64,000 nt of DNA from Gammaproteobacteria bacterium (lineage in GTDB: Bacteria > Pseudomonadota > Gammaproteobacteria > Porifericomitales > Porifericomitaceae). Positions within the stretch are counted from its first letter, which is position 1; every line of letters starts with the position of its first letter. Position numbers and translations under genes: made by a program. This document shows, one piece after another, positions 1 through 8,660 of this stretch. The stretch spans positions 78,363-142,362 of the forward strand of contig JABAAT010000038.1 of the NCBI GenBank assembly GCA_014238615.1, in the 5' to 3' direction. The notes under the pieces were generated by a model. The model made no database searches and was not told the DNA's origin. It worked only from the letters and a program-made list of their open reading frames with translations.

Positions 1-1226
1 CAGCAGCTCCTCACCCAGCCCCGTCTTCAGGGGCTTGCTGCGCGCCAGCAGCCGCAGCGCTTCCTGCAGTGTGCCGGGCAGGCGTTTCGCGTCCCGCACC
101 TTGTAGCCTTCCTCGTACATGTTGATGTGCAGGGCCTTGCCCGGATCGCGCTTCTGCTCCAGCCCGTCCAGGCCGCCGGCCAGCACCGCGGCCTGCATCA
201 GGTAAGGGTTGGCCGCCCCGTCCATGAGCCGTAACTCAAAGCGGCCGGCCTCCGGCACCCGGATCATGTGGGTGCGGTTGTTGCCGGAATAGGTGACCGC
301 GTTCGGCGCCCAGGTCGCCCCGGAGGTCGTGCGCGGCGCGTTGATGCGCTTGTAGCTGTTCACGGTCGGGTTGAACAGGGCGCAGAGCGCCTCGGCATTG
401 TGCATGATGCCGCCCAGGAACTGGTAGGCCGACCTCGACAGGCCGAGCTTGTCCTTGCGATCCAGGAACAGGTTGCGGCGCCCCTGTGGATCCCAAACCG
501 AGACATGCGCGTGGCAGCCGTTTCCGGTCAGATGCTGGAAGGGCTTGGGCATGAAAGTGGCCCGGTAGCCGTGCTCCTCGGCGATGCTTTTGACCATGAA
601 CTTGAAGAAGGCGTGGCGGTCGGCGGTGCGCAGCGCGTCCGTGTAATCCCAGTTCATCTCGAACTGGCCGTTGGCGTCCTCGTGATCGTTCTGGTAGGGA
701 TTCCAGCCGAGCTGCAGCATGCAGTCGCAGATCGCGCGCACCACGTCATAGCGGCGCATCAGGCTTTGTTGATCGTAGCAAGGCTTGACCTGCGTATCAC
801 GCGGATCCGAGAGTGCGTCGCCGTCCTTGGAGACCAGGAAATACTCGCACTCCACGCCGCTCTTCATGCGCAGCCCAAGCCGCTCGGCGCGCTCCAGCTG
901 GCGCTTCAGGGCGACCCGCGGCGAGGCCTCCACCGGGCTGCCGTTCATCACCAGGTCGGCGGCCAACCAGCCGACCTCGGGCTTCCAGGGCAATTGGATC
1001 AGGCTGTCCGGATCGGGCAATGCGAACATGTCCGGATCGGCCGGGGTCATGTCCAGCCAGGCGGCGAACCCGGCGAACCCGGCACCGTTTTTCTGCATGC
1101 CGTCAATGGCGCGCGCCGGCACCAGCTTGGCACGCAGCACCCCGGCCAGATCGACGAAACTGACCAGGAAATACTCTATTTTCTTCGCTTTCGCGATCTT
1201 GCTTAGACTCTTTTCTTTAACTGCCA
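1..1226 (-). CDS. Glutamine synthetase family protein (GmaS/PuuA-like gamma-glutamyl-amine ligase), partial: the N-terminal ~408 aa lie in the window and the C-terminus runs off the window start
   Basis: Hand translation of the reverse strand from the ATG at 1224-1226 gives MAVKEKSLSKIAKAKKIEYFLVSFVDLAGVLRAKLVP...NSYKRINAPRTTSGATWAPNAVTYSGNNRTHMIRVPEAGRFELRLMDGAANPYLMQAAVLAGGLDG. The NSYKR and NPYL GS-family motifs are present. Absent from the ORF track because it is truncated by the window edge. Confidence 0.8.
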
Positions 1227-1288
1227 TGATGACCCCTCTGTTTCATCCTGCCAGGAAGCAGGAAATAGCACAAATTGAGATTACACTA

Positions 1289-2095
1289 ATGATGATGGGA
1301 AATCCTGTAAAGCGACCCACAAGGCCCGCCGCGCCGCGCGACCGGCGACGCCTGCTGCTCTTCAAACTGCAGCGAGCGCCGACCGCCCTACGGGCCGAGG
1401 AGGGTGATTTCGAACATTACTTCGCGCGCGGTCTGGGGGTGGCGGTGGAAGAACTGCGGGTCGTGGAAACGGTGCGCGGCGAGGAGGCTCCGCCGCCAGG
1501 GGAGGTGGCCGGGGCGATCTTCAGTGGCTCCGATGCCATGGTGACCGAACCCACGGCCTGGATGGAAAAGCTGCGGCAGTGGGTGCGCACGGCCCTGCGG
1601 GAGCGCGTGCCGCTGCTGGGCGTCTGTTTCGGACACCAGCTACTGGCGCAAACCTTGGGCGGCCGCGTGGACTGGAACCCGGGCGGCCCGGGTTTCGGCT
1701 CTGAGCAGCTGACCCTGAGCGAAGCCGGGCGCGCCGACTCCCTGTTCGCCGAGGTCGCGCCGCGGCCGCTGTTTCAGCTCTGGCACCAGCAGGCGGTGAC
1801 CCGTATGCCGCCGGAAGCGGTGCTGCTGGCCGGCAACGCCAGGGTTTCCGTGCAGTCCTTCCGCTGGCGGGACCAGGTTTGGGGCACGCAGTTCCATCCC
1901 GAATTCACGCCGGCGGTGGTGCGCGGCTACACGCGTGAGCTTAGTGCGAAGCTGCCAAAGCTGGGAACCGATCCAAAAGCCCTGCTGGATCGATTGGAAG
2001 ACAGCCCGGCCGGACCACGGGTGCTCGGCAACTTCGCCGCCCATGCCCTCGGTGAAACCCGGTCTCACGACGACGAAGCCCAAGCCGGGAAGTGA
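1289..2095 (+). CDS. Class-I glutamine amidotransferase-like protein (GuaA N-domain/PuuD-like), putative gamma-glutamyl-amide hydrolase
   Basis: C-terminal part of ORF 785..2095: LLGVCFGHQLLAQTLGG...GTQFHPEF carries the GATase1 catalytic Cys-His signature. Start chosen at the in-frame ATG cluster at 1289. Divergent from the GS-like gene. Confidence 0.7.
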   Translation: MMMGNPVKRPTRPAAPRDRRRLLLFKLQRAPTALRAEEGDFEHYFARGLGVAVEELRVVETVRGEEAPPPGEVAGAIFSGSDAMVTEPTAWMEKLRQWVRTALRERVPLLGVCFGHQLLAQTLGGRVDWNPGGPGFGSEQLTLSEAGRADSLFAEVAPRPLFQLWHQQAVTRMPPEAVLLAGNARVSVQSFRWRDQVWGTQFHPEFTPAVVRGYTRELSAKLPKLGTDPKALLDRLEDSPAGPRVLGNFAAHALGETRSHDDEAQAGK

Positions 2096-2904
2096 ACCGG
2101 GGCGAGGCGGGTCAGCAGCAGGGCGGCCATGACGCGGCCCTCAACGCTGAATTCCGGCGGCTCATCGACCAACCAACGCTGCTCCCGGGCGTGGCTGCTG
2201 AAAGGCGCCCGCGCCTCGGCGTCCCGTGGCTGCTGTGCGGCCGGTGGTGGCTGCCGCCCTCCTGGTGGCTTCCGCCCCCCTGGTTCCGGAGCTTCCGCCC
2301 GCTCTTCCGCCTGATCCGGCGCCTCCCCCTCCAGGAGCGCCCGCCGCAGCTCCATGCGCCGCCGCGGGGTGGCGACCCAGCGCGAGTCCGAAGCACCCGG
2401 AGCATGGCCCGCGGCGCAAACCTCCCGGGCCGCCCCGCAGGCTTCCCGGGCACCACGCCGATCGCCCCTGGCGTTCAGCAGTTCGGCGTGGTTCACGAAA
2501 GTCACGGCTTGCGCGGTGCGTAAGGCCGCCAGGCAGTCGGCGCGCGCCGCGCGCTCGTAGTGCGCGGCGTGGCGCCGCCACAAGCGCAGATGAAACAGGG
2601 AACTGCGGCCGCGCGGGGTCAGCCGTGCGCGTTCCAGCCAGGTTTCGGCCTCGCGCCAGCACTCCGCCGCGGCCTGGTTCAGGCGCAGCGCCTCCCCCTC
2701 CGCGCCGCGGATGCGACGCGCCAGGGACAGGTTGGAAGCGCCGGCGGCGCGGCGCGGGTCGGCGGCGGGAAAACGCTCCGCCATGGGCGCCGCCGCCTCC
2801 CAGGCGGCGGCCGCAGCCCGCCAGTGACCGTCCAGGCAACAGGCCCAGGCCGCCTCACAGTCGCGCAGCCAGGCGAATTCCGCATCTCGGATCCGCTCCG
2901 ACAT
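2065..2904 (-). CDS. Hypothetical Ala/Arg-rich protein, possibly a TPR-like helical repeat; start uncertain
   Basis: Long ORF 2065..3030 with GC3-biased codons downstream of the ABC operon. Upstream starts overlap livF-like, so the MSERIRDAEF... start was chosen. No recognisable motif; could be a high-GC artefact. Confidence 0.25.
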   Translation of the reverse strand: MSERIRDAEFAWLRDCEAAWACCLDGHWRAAAAAWEAAAPMAERFPAADPRRAAGASNLSLARRIRGAEGEALRLNQAAAECWREAETWLERARLTPRGRSSLFHLRLWRRHAAHYERAARADCLAALRTAQAVTFVNHAELLNARGDRRGAREACGAAREVCAAGHAPGASDSRWVATPRRRMELRRALLEGEAPDQAEERAEAPEPGGRKPPGGRQPPPAAQQPRDAEARAPFSSHAREQRWLVDEPPEFSVEGRVMAALLLTRLAPVHFPAWASSS

Positions 2905-2932
2905 CCAGCCGGCAGCGTCCCGAGGTCCCCCC

Positions 2933-3637
2933 TCAGATCCCCAGGTATGCCTTGCGTACATGCTCATTGCCCATAAGCTCCACGGCCGTTCCCTGCATCC
3001 TGAGGGAACCGGTCTCCAGGACATAGCCATAGCGCACCAATTCCAAGGCCAACTCGGCGTTCTGCTCCACCAGCAGGATGGAGATGCCGCGTCCCTGTAT
3101 TTCCCGTAGCAGGCGCGCGATGCCCTGCACGATCAACGGCGCCAGGCCCAGCGAAGGCTCGTCCAGCAGCAGCAGGCGGGGCCGCGCCATGAGAGCCCGG
3201 CCGATCGCGAGCATCTGCTGTTCACCGCCGCTCATGGTGCCGGCCTGCTGCCCTCCCCGCTCCTTAAGGCGCGGCAGGTGCTGGTAAACCCATTCCAGGT
3301 CGGTGTTGATGCCCGCGCGATCACGGCGCGTGTAGGCGCCGAGCTCCAGGTTTTCGCGCACGCTCAGATCCTTGAAGACGCGGCGGCCCTCCGGAACATG
3401 GGCGACGCCCAGGCGCACGATGCGATCCGCGGACAAGCCGTCCAGGCGCTGATCCCCGAAGTGGATTTCACCCCCGCGGATCGGCACCAGGCCGGAGATC
3501 GCGCGCAGCGCGCTGCTCTTGCCGGCACCGTTAGAGCCGATGATGGCGGAAAAACCGCCCTCCTCCACGCGCAGGGACAGGCCACGCAGCGCCGCCACCT
3601 TGCCGTAGCTTACATGCACATCATCCACCCTCAGCAT
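2933..3637 (-). CDS. HAAT-family ABC transporter ATP-binding protein (LivF/UrtE-like)
   Basis: Walker A GSNGAGKS, signature MSGGEQQML and Walker B LLLLDEPSLGLAP. Last gene of a five-gene transporter operon. Confidence 0.85.
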   Translation of the reverse strand: MLRVDDVHVSYGKVAALRGLSLRVEEGGFSAIIGSNGAGKSSALRAISGLVPIRGGEIHFGDQRLDGLSADRIVRLGVAHVPEGRRVFKDLSVRENLELGAYTRRDRAGINTDLEWVYQHLPRLKERGGQQAGTMSGGEQQMLAIGRALMARPRLLLLDEPSLGLAPLIVQGIARLLREIQGRGISILLVEQNAELALELVRYGYVLETGSLRMQGTAVELMGNEHVRKAYLGI

Positions 3638-4425
3638 GATGCGCGCTCCGTCCCACCGGCTGCGCTGCCCAGGTAGGCCTCAAGCACCGCCGGATCACGG
3701 CGGACCGACTCCGGCGTGCCCTCCGCCAGGAGCCGCCCGAAGTTCAGCACGGTGACGAAGTCGCAGAGCCCCATCACGGCTTTCATGTTGTGCTCCACCA
3801 GCACGATGGTGATCCCCGAGCGCCGCACCTTGCGGGTCAGTTCCATCATGTGCGCGGTCTCCGCCGGATTCATGCCCGCGAAAGGCTCGTCCAGCAGCAG
3901 CAGCCGCGGTTTTGCCAGCAGGGCGATACCCAAGGCCAGGGCCCGCTGCGAACCGAGCGGCAGTTCGGAGGCCAGCTGCGCCCGGCGTTCCCGCAGGCCC
4001 ACGAAATCCAGGATGCGCCCGGCAGCCTGCCGCTGCCGCTCCAAACGCTCCCGATCCAGGCCGAGCAGCGCCCTGAACAGGCCGGAGGACGCATGCAGGT
4101 GGCAGCCGGCCTCCAGGTTCCGCATGACGCTCAACTCCTGGAACAAGGTGGTCTCCTGGAAAGTGCGCACCACCCCGAGGCCGGCGATCTCGTACGGAGG
4201 GCGCCCGGAAATGGGGCGGCCGGCCAGCAGGATCTCCCCGGCACCGGGCCGGTAAAAACCGGCGATGTTCTTGAACAGGGTGCTCTTGCCGGCGCCGTTC
4301 GGCCCGATCAGGCCCCTGATCTCCCCCTCCCGCACCTGGAAACTGACCCGATCCAGGGCCACCAGGCCGCCGAAGCGCTTGCAGAGCCCCCGCACTTCCA
4401 GCAGGGGTGCCGCCGCCGTCGCCAT
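3631..4425 (-). CDS. HAAT-family ABC transporter ATP-binding protein (LivG/UrtD-like)
   Basis: GPNGAGKST and LLLLDEPFAGMNP motifs. Start taken at MATAAAPLLEVRGL; 7-bp overlap with the downstream ATPase. Confidence 0.85.
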   Translation of the reverse strand: MATAAAPLLEVRGLCKRFGGLVALDRVSFQVREGEIRGLIGPNGAGKSTLFKNIAGFYRPGAGEILLAGRPISGRPPYEIAGLGVVRTFQETTLFQELSVMRNLEAGCHLHASSGLFRALLGLDRERLERQRQAAGRILDFVGLRERRAQLASELPLGSQRALALGIALLAKPRLLLLDEPFAGMNPAETAHMMELTRKVRRSGITIVLVEHNMKAVMGLCDFVTVLNFGRLLAEGTPESVRRDPAVLEAYLGSAAGGTERASC

Positions 4426-4426
4426 C

Positions 4427-5413
4427 TCAGCCTTGCGCCGCCGCGACGCGCCGCCGCCAAAGCCCACGCAGACGGCCCGGCAGGCTCTCCAGGCCGTCCG
4501 GAAGGAAACGCATGCTGAGGAGCAGGATCAACCCGTAGATGGCCGGACGCCATTCGTCATACTGGCGGAAGATCTCGTTCAGAACAGACAGCACCACGAC
4601 CCCGATGACAGGACCGGCGAAGGTGCGGGTGCCGCCGATAATGACCCAGACCAGTATGTAGAGCATCTCGCCGATGGCAAACTGGTTCGGATTGATGCTG
4701 CCCAGGTAGTGCACGAAGAGGGCGCCCGCGAGGCCGGCGAAGAAGGCCCCGCAGGCGAAGGCCAGGGTCCGATAGCGCCAGCTGTTCACACCCACCGCCT
4801 CGGCCAGGGAGGGCTGCCAGTGCACCATGTGCAGGGTCAGACCGATGCGCGAGTGCTCCAGGCGATAGAGCAGCAGCAGGGAGACACAGGTCACGACCAG
4901 GAGCAGCAGGTAAAAAGGGATCGGCTCAACGAAGGACAGGGGCTGCTCCAGGAAAGGCAGTTGCAGCTCCAACGGGGGGATCAACTTCAGGCCCTTGGGG
5001 CCCCCGAAAGGATAGACAAAGTACTTCCAGGCCAGGCGGACGGCCTCGCCGGCGGCGTAGGAACCGATGAGGAAATAAAAACCCCGCATGCGCAGCAGCG
5101 GGAAACTGAGCAGCAGGGCGACGGCGGCGGTCAATAAAGCCGCCAGCGGTATGGACAGCCAGACGAGGAGGTCGGCGCGCTTGCTCAGCAGGGCGCTGGC
5201 ATAGCCGCCGCAGCCCATCAGCACCATGTGTATCAGCGACCATTCACCGCTTAGGGTCACGAGGCGGTAAGAAACCACCAGCATCACGTCCAGGAGCAGG
5301 AAAATCATGAAGTCCTGCCGGTGAAATGGCAGGAAGAAGGGCAGCGCGGCGAGCGCGGGCAGCAGTACCGCCGCCGCCAGCCACCAGCCGTGCCGGCGGG
5401 AGGCGCTATTCAC
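4427..5413 (-). CDS. HAAT-family ABC transporter permease (LivM/UrtC-like)
   Basis: Polytopic membrane protein with LivM-type conserved segments (GGYASALL..., INPNQFAIGEMLYILVWVIIGG). Confidence 0.8.
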   Translation of the reverse strand: MNSASRRHGWWLAAAVLLPALAALPFFLPFHRQDFMIFLLLDVMLVVSYRLVTLSGEWSLIHMVLMGCGGYASALLSKRADLLVWLSIPLAALLTAAVALLLSFPLLRMRGFYFLIGSYAAGEAVRLAWKYFVYPFGGPKGLKLIPPLELQLPFLEQPLSFVEPIPFYLLLLVVTCVSLLLLYRLEHSRIGLTLHMVHWQPSLAEAVGVNSWRYRTLAFACGAFFAGLAGALFVHYLGSINPNQFAIGEMLYILVWVIIGGTRTFAGPVIGVVVLSVLNEIFRQYDEWRPAIYGLILLLSMRFLPDGLESLPGRLRGLWRRRVAAAQG

Positions 5414-6276
5414 GCAGCCGGGATCCCATGAGGCCGGTGGGTTTGATCACCAGCACCAGCAGCATGATGAACAGGCCCAGCATCGTGGCCAGGGTGCCGC
5501 TGTAATAGGTCGTGACGAAAGTGTGGAAGAAGGCGTACAGCACGGCTGCAAGCACGGCCCCCCGGATGCTGCCGATGCCGCCTACGATGGCCACGATGAA
5601 GGCCGTGATGATCACCGCGTGTCCCATGTAGGGCTCGACGCGCACCAGCGGCGCCATGAGAGCGCCCGCGGTGCCGGCCAGGGCGGCGCCCAGGCCCATG
5701 GCGAACATGCCGATGCGCCGCACACTGATGCCCTGCAGCGCGGCTGCCTCCCGATCCATGGAAACCGCGCGCAGCGCCCAGCCCAGGCGGGTCCAGGTCA
5801 GCAGCCAGCCCACCGCGGCGAGCAGTCCCAGGGACACCACCAGGGCCACCGCACGCTGTACGGGAATGCGCACCTCGAAGGGCAGTTCCAGGGTGCCCGG
5901 AAAGGCCGGCGGCACATGCTTCATCAGGCCCAGGCCGCCGATCTGCACCGCGAGCACCTGCAGGATGAAAAGCAGGCCGATGGAATTGATGAGACCGCCC
6001 AGCGGGTTCTCCCGGAAGGGCTGAAACAGGAAGCGCTCCATGCACAGCCCAAGCAGGCACACGATGAGCGCCGCCGCGAGCAGCGCGAGCGGAAAAGGAA
6101 GCCCCTGTCCGGCGTACAGCAGCCAAACCGTGTAAGCCCCCACCATCACCATCTCGCCATGGGCGAAGTTGATAATGCCCATGACGCCGAAGATCAACAC
6201 CAGGCCCACGGCCCAGAGGCTGAAAAAGCCGCTCTGGACCAGCGCGTTGGCGATGCTTTGCAGTACCAGTTCCAAG
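5406..6276 (-). CDS. HAAT-family ABC transporter permease (LivH/UrtB-like); start uncertain, possibly the TTG at ~6276
   Basis: LELVLQSIANALVQSGFFSLWAVGLVLIFGVMGIINFAHGEMVMVGAY matches the LivH/UrtB N-terminus. No ATG lies near the expected start; the ORF track extends to 6416 into the binding-protein gene. Confidence 0.75.
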
Positions 6277-6340
6277 GTCTTGATGTTCTTATTCGTGGGG
6301 ACGGGCGGGGCCGCGGCGCGACCCCGCCCGCATGGCAGAC

Positions 6341-7615
6341 TCAGCCCTGCTGGTAATGCATCAGCCCCATGGCTTCCATGTGCTTGACCAGGAGATCCTT
6401 GTAACAGGACCACCATTCGGGGATGCTGCGGAACTCCTCGATGCGCGCCCGTCCGTCACGCACGGTGACCACCGGCCAGTTGCCCACCAGGGCGTTGTCA
6501 ATGCCCCAGAGCTCCTCGCCCCACCAGGAGGCGTCGCCGAAGGCATGCGGCGCGCGGCCGCCCTGCTTCATGGCCTCCAACACCGCCAGGGGCTCCACCG
6601 AAGCGGCCTGCTCCGCCGCCGCCTTCCACAGGTCCATGATGGAAGCGTACTCCCAGGCCACCGCCGACCACTGTCCGGGGTGGCGCTCAACGAACTTCTC
6701 GTAGAAGTCCTTCGGCCGCTTGAAGTTGATGAAGTCCTGGCGCAGGGCCGGGTCGTCGAAGTCCGGGAACTGGAAGATGAAGCCCTCCACGAACTCCTTG
6801 CTGGTCTTCTCGATGACGTCCTGGTAATTGTCAAAGGTACAGGAGATGATCTTGCCCTTGAAGCCCTGGTGAAAGAGTTGCTCCGTGATCAGGTTGACGT
6901 AATCCGCGTAGCAGGTGTCCAGGCAGACGATGTCCGGCCCGGAAGCCAGCATGGAGGTCACGACGGGGGCAAAGTCGGTGGTCGACGGATCGAAGATGTT
7001 CTGATCCACCACGTCGATGCCGGCCGCCTCGAAGGCCGCCAGGTAGGTCGCCACCGAGGGCAGCCCCAGGGAGTCATTCTGGGCGCAGATCGCGGCCCGC
7101 TTCAACTCCGGGAAGTTCTGGGCCATCCATTCCACTCCGGTCACGTTGTAGATCGGATGCACCTCGCAGGGAGCAATGTGGTAGGGAGCGTCCGGCGACA
7201 GGTCACTGGGCAACAGCGTGGAAGTCAGCAGCTTGCGCCGGGTGGCGAAAGGCTGCACCGCCGGCCAGGTGTCGCCGCCGAGCATCATGACGAACTTGAC
7301 ATCATGCTCGCCGACCAGCTTCTTCATACCCTGCAGGGCCTTGTCGGGAAGGTATTCGTTGTCGTAAGAAACGAACTCCACCTTGTAGTTGTCGCCGCCG
7401 ATGCGCAAACCGCCGGCGCGGTTCACCTCCTCGGCCCAGATTTCGCAGCCCTACAGACCCGGCAGGCCCCAGGCCGCCACCTCACCGGTAAGAGGCGCCA
7501 AAAAGCCGATCCGCACGGTGCGCGAAGCGGCACGCGCGGCGCCCGGCAGGCCACCGCAAACCATGACGCCGCCGAGCGCGGCGGCGCGCAACAATTCTCT
7601 ACGTGTAATAGCCAT
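6341..7615 (-). pseudogene. Periplasmic substrate-binding protein of the HAAT (amide/urea/branched-chain) ABC transporter with a Tat signal peptide; interrupted by an in-frame TAG at 7451-7453
   Basis: ORF 7451..7648 (MAITRRELLRAAALGG...TVRIGFLAPLTGEVAAWGLPGL*) and ORF 6341..7426 are in the same frame. The hand-read junction is ...GLPGL-TAG-GCEIWAEEVNRAGGLRIGG. AGGAGG RBS 7 nt before the ATG at 7613-7615. A Tyr is expected at the stop position by homology. Confidence 0.6.
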
Positions 7616-7729
7616 TTCTGATCCTCCTGGTGAATGAAACGCAAACACTCCCGGGGGAGCCTTTGCCTGTTTTCAACGATTGTCTCTGTGATTTCGTGGG
7701 TCCGGCGTGCCGCACGCCCGGGTAGAAGC

Positions 7730-8329
7730 TCAGGGGGTTTCCTCCTCCATGGGCCGCAGCTCCGCATAACGCCCGCGGAAATACAGCAGGGGCTCGGCGC
7801 GCGGCGCGTAGTGCACCACGCTGTCCACCTGTCCTACGAAAATGACATGGTCTCCTCCCTGGTAGGTGTAGTGCGTGCTGCAATCAAACACGGCCAATGA
7901 GTCCGGGAACCAGGGGCTGCCGTTCGGGGTTTGCCGCCATTCCGTGGTCGCCCATTTATCGCCCATGGGCACCGCGAAGCGCGTCGCCAGGTCGCGCTGT
8001 CGAGTGGACAGGACGCTGACCGCGAAATGCGCGGTGGAGAGGAAGGCTCGCAGGCTGTAGGCGCCCTTGTCCAGGCTGAACAACACCAGGGGCGGCTCAA
8101 GGGACACCGAACTGAAGGAATTCGCGGTGATGCCCAAGCGCTCCCCACGCTGCCCGCCGGCGGTGATGATGGTCACACCGGTGGCGAAATTGCCGAGAAC
8201 CCCACGCAGCTCCCCGCGGCTGAGCGGCGCCCGGGATTCCACAACGGGTTTTGACTCGGAGGATTCCGACACGATCTCCAGGGAGCTTCTTTCCGAGCGG
8301 CCGGCCGGGGAATGATCAGAGGCGGCCAT
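7730..8329 (-). CDS. NAD(P)H-dependent flavin reductase (HpaC/RutF-type, flavin_reduct domain)
   Basis: LRGVLGNFATGVTIITAGG...SFSSVSLEPPLVLFSL is typical of the small flavin reductases that partner two-component monooxygenases. Confidence 0.8.
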   Translation of the reverse strand: MAASDHSPAGRSERSSLEIVSESSESKPVVESRAPLSRGELRGVLGNFATGVTIITAGGQRGERLGITANSFSSVSLEPPLVLFSLDKGAYSLRAFLSTAHFAVSVLSTRQRDLATRFAVPMGDKWATTEWRQTPNGSPWFPDSLAVFDCSTHYTYQGGDHVIFVGQVDSVVHYAPRAEPLLYFRGRYAELRPMEEETP

Positions 8330-8331
8330 CG

Positions 8332-8660
8332 CTCAGGATTGCACCCGCTCTTTGCGCGGGTCGTAGAAGGGGCTCGGCACCACGCGCGCCGGGATGCGCT
8401 TCTGGTGACCGTCCAGCTTGCCCACCTCCACGGCGGCGCCCTCCGCGGCGATGCCGCGGCGCGGGATGCAGGATCTCGCGGGACGATGCGCCTTCACGGA
8501 TCCAGCACCGTGAGTCGGTCACCGGCCTGCAGTCCGAGCCGGATAGAGCCGCCGCCGTGGCCCTGGCAGCGCTCCCGCCCAGGCGGCAGGGCCGCCTGCC
8601 TTGACAGGGACGGCGTGGCCGGAGTGAGTACGGGGGATGCCGCCATTGGCAGGCCTTTAA
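8332..8660 (-). pseudogene. Collapsed remnant of a second tdm-like (DUF1989-GcvT) gene: ~57 N-terminal codons joined out of frame to ~40 C-terminal codons
   Basis: Bases 8332-8470 align to the 3' end of the intact gene at 14943-15075 (VEVGKLDGHQKRIPARVVP.PFYDPRKERV). Bases 8470-8660 align to its 5' end at 17150-17318 (MAxxxxLTPxxPxxSRxAxxPPGRERxQxxGGGSIxxGLQAGDRLTxLDP). Roughly 80-85% nucleotide identity, so this is not a recent copy. Confidence 0.6.

Noticed and set aside
813-2839. Cluster of overlapping ORFs (813..1163, 2092..2523, 2112..2456, 2162..2839, 2226..3026)
   Set aside because: All overlap better-supported genes (GS-like, GATase1, the Ala-rich hypothetical) in alternative frames. 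They have extreme Arg/Pro/Gly content, typical of high-GC artefacts.
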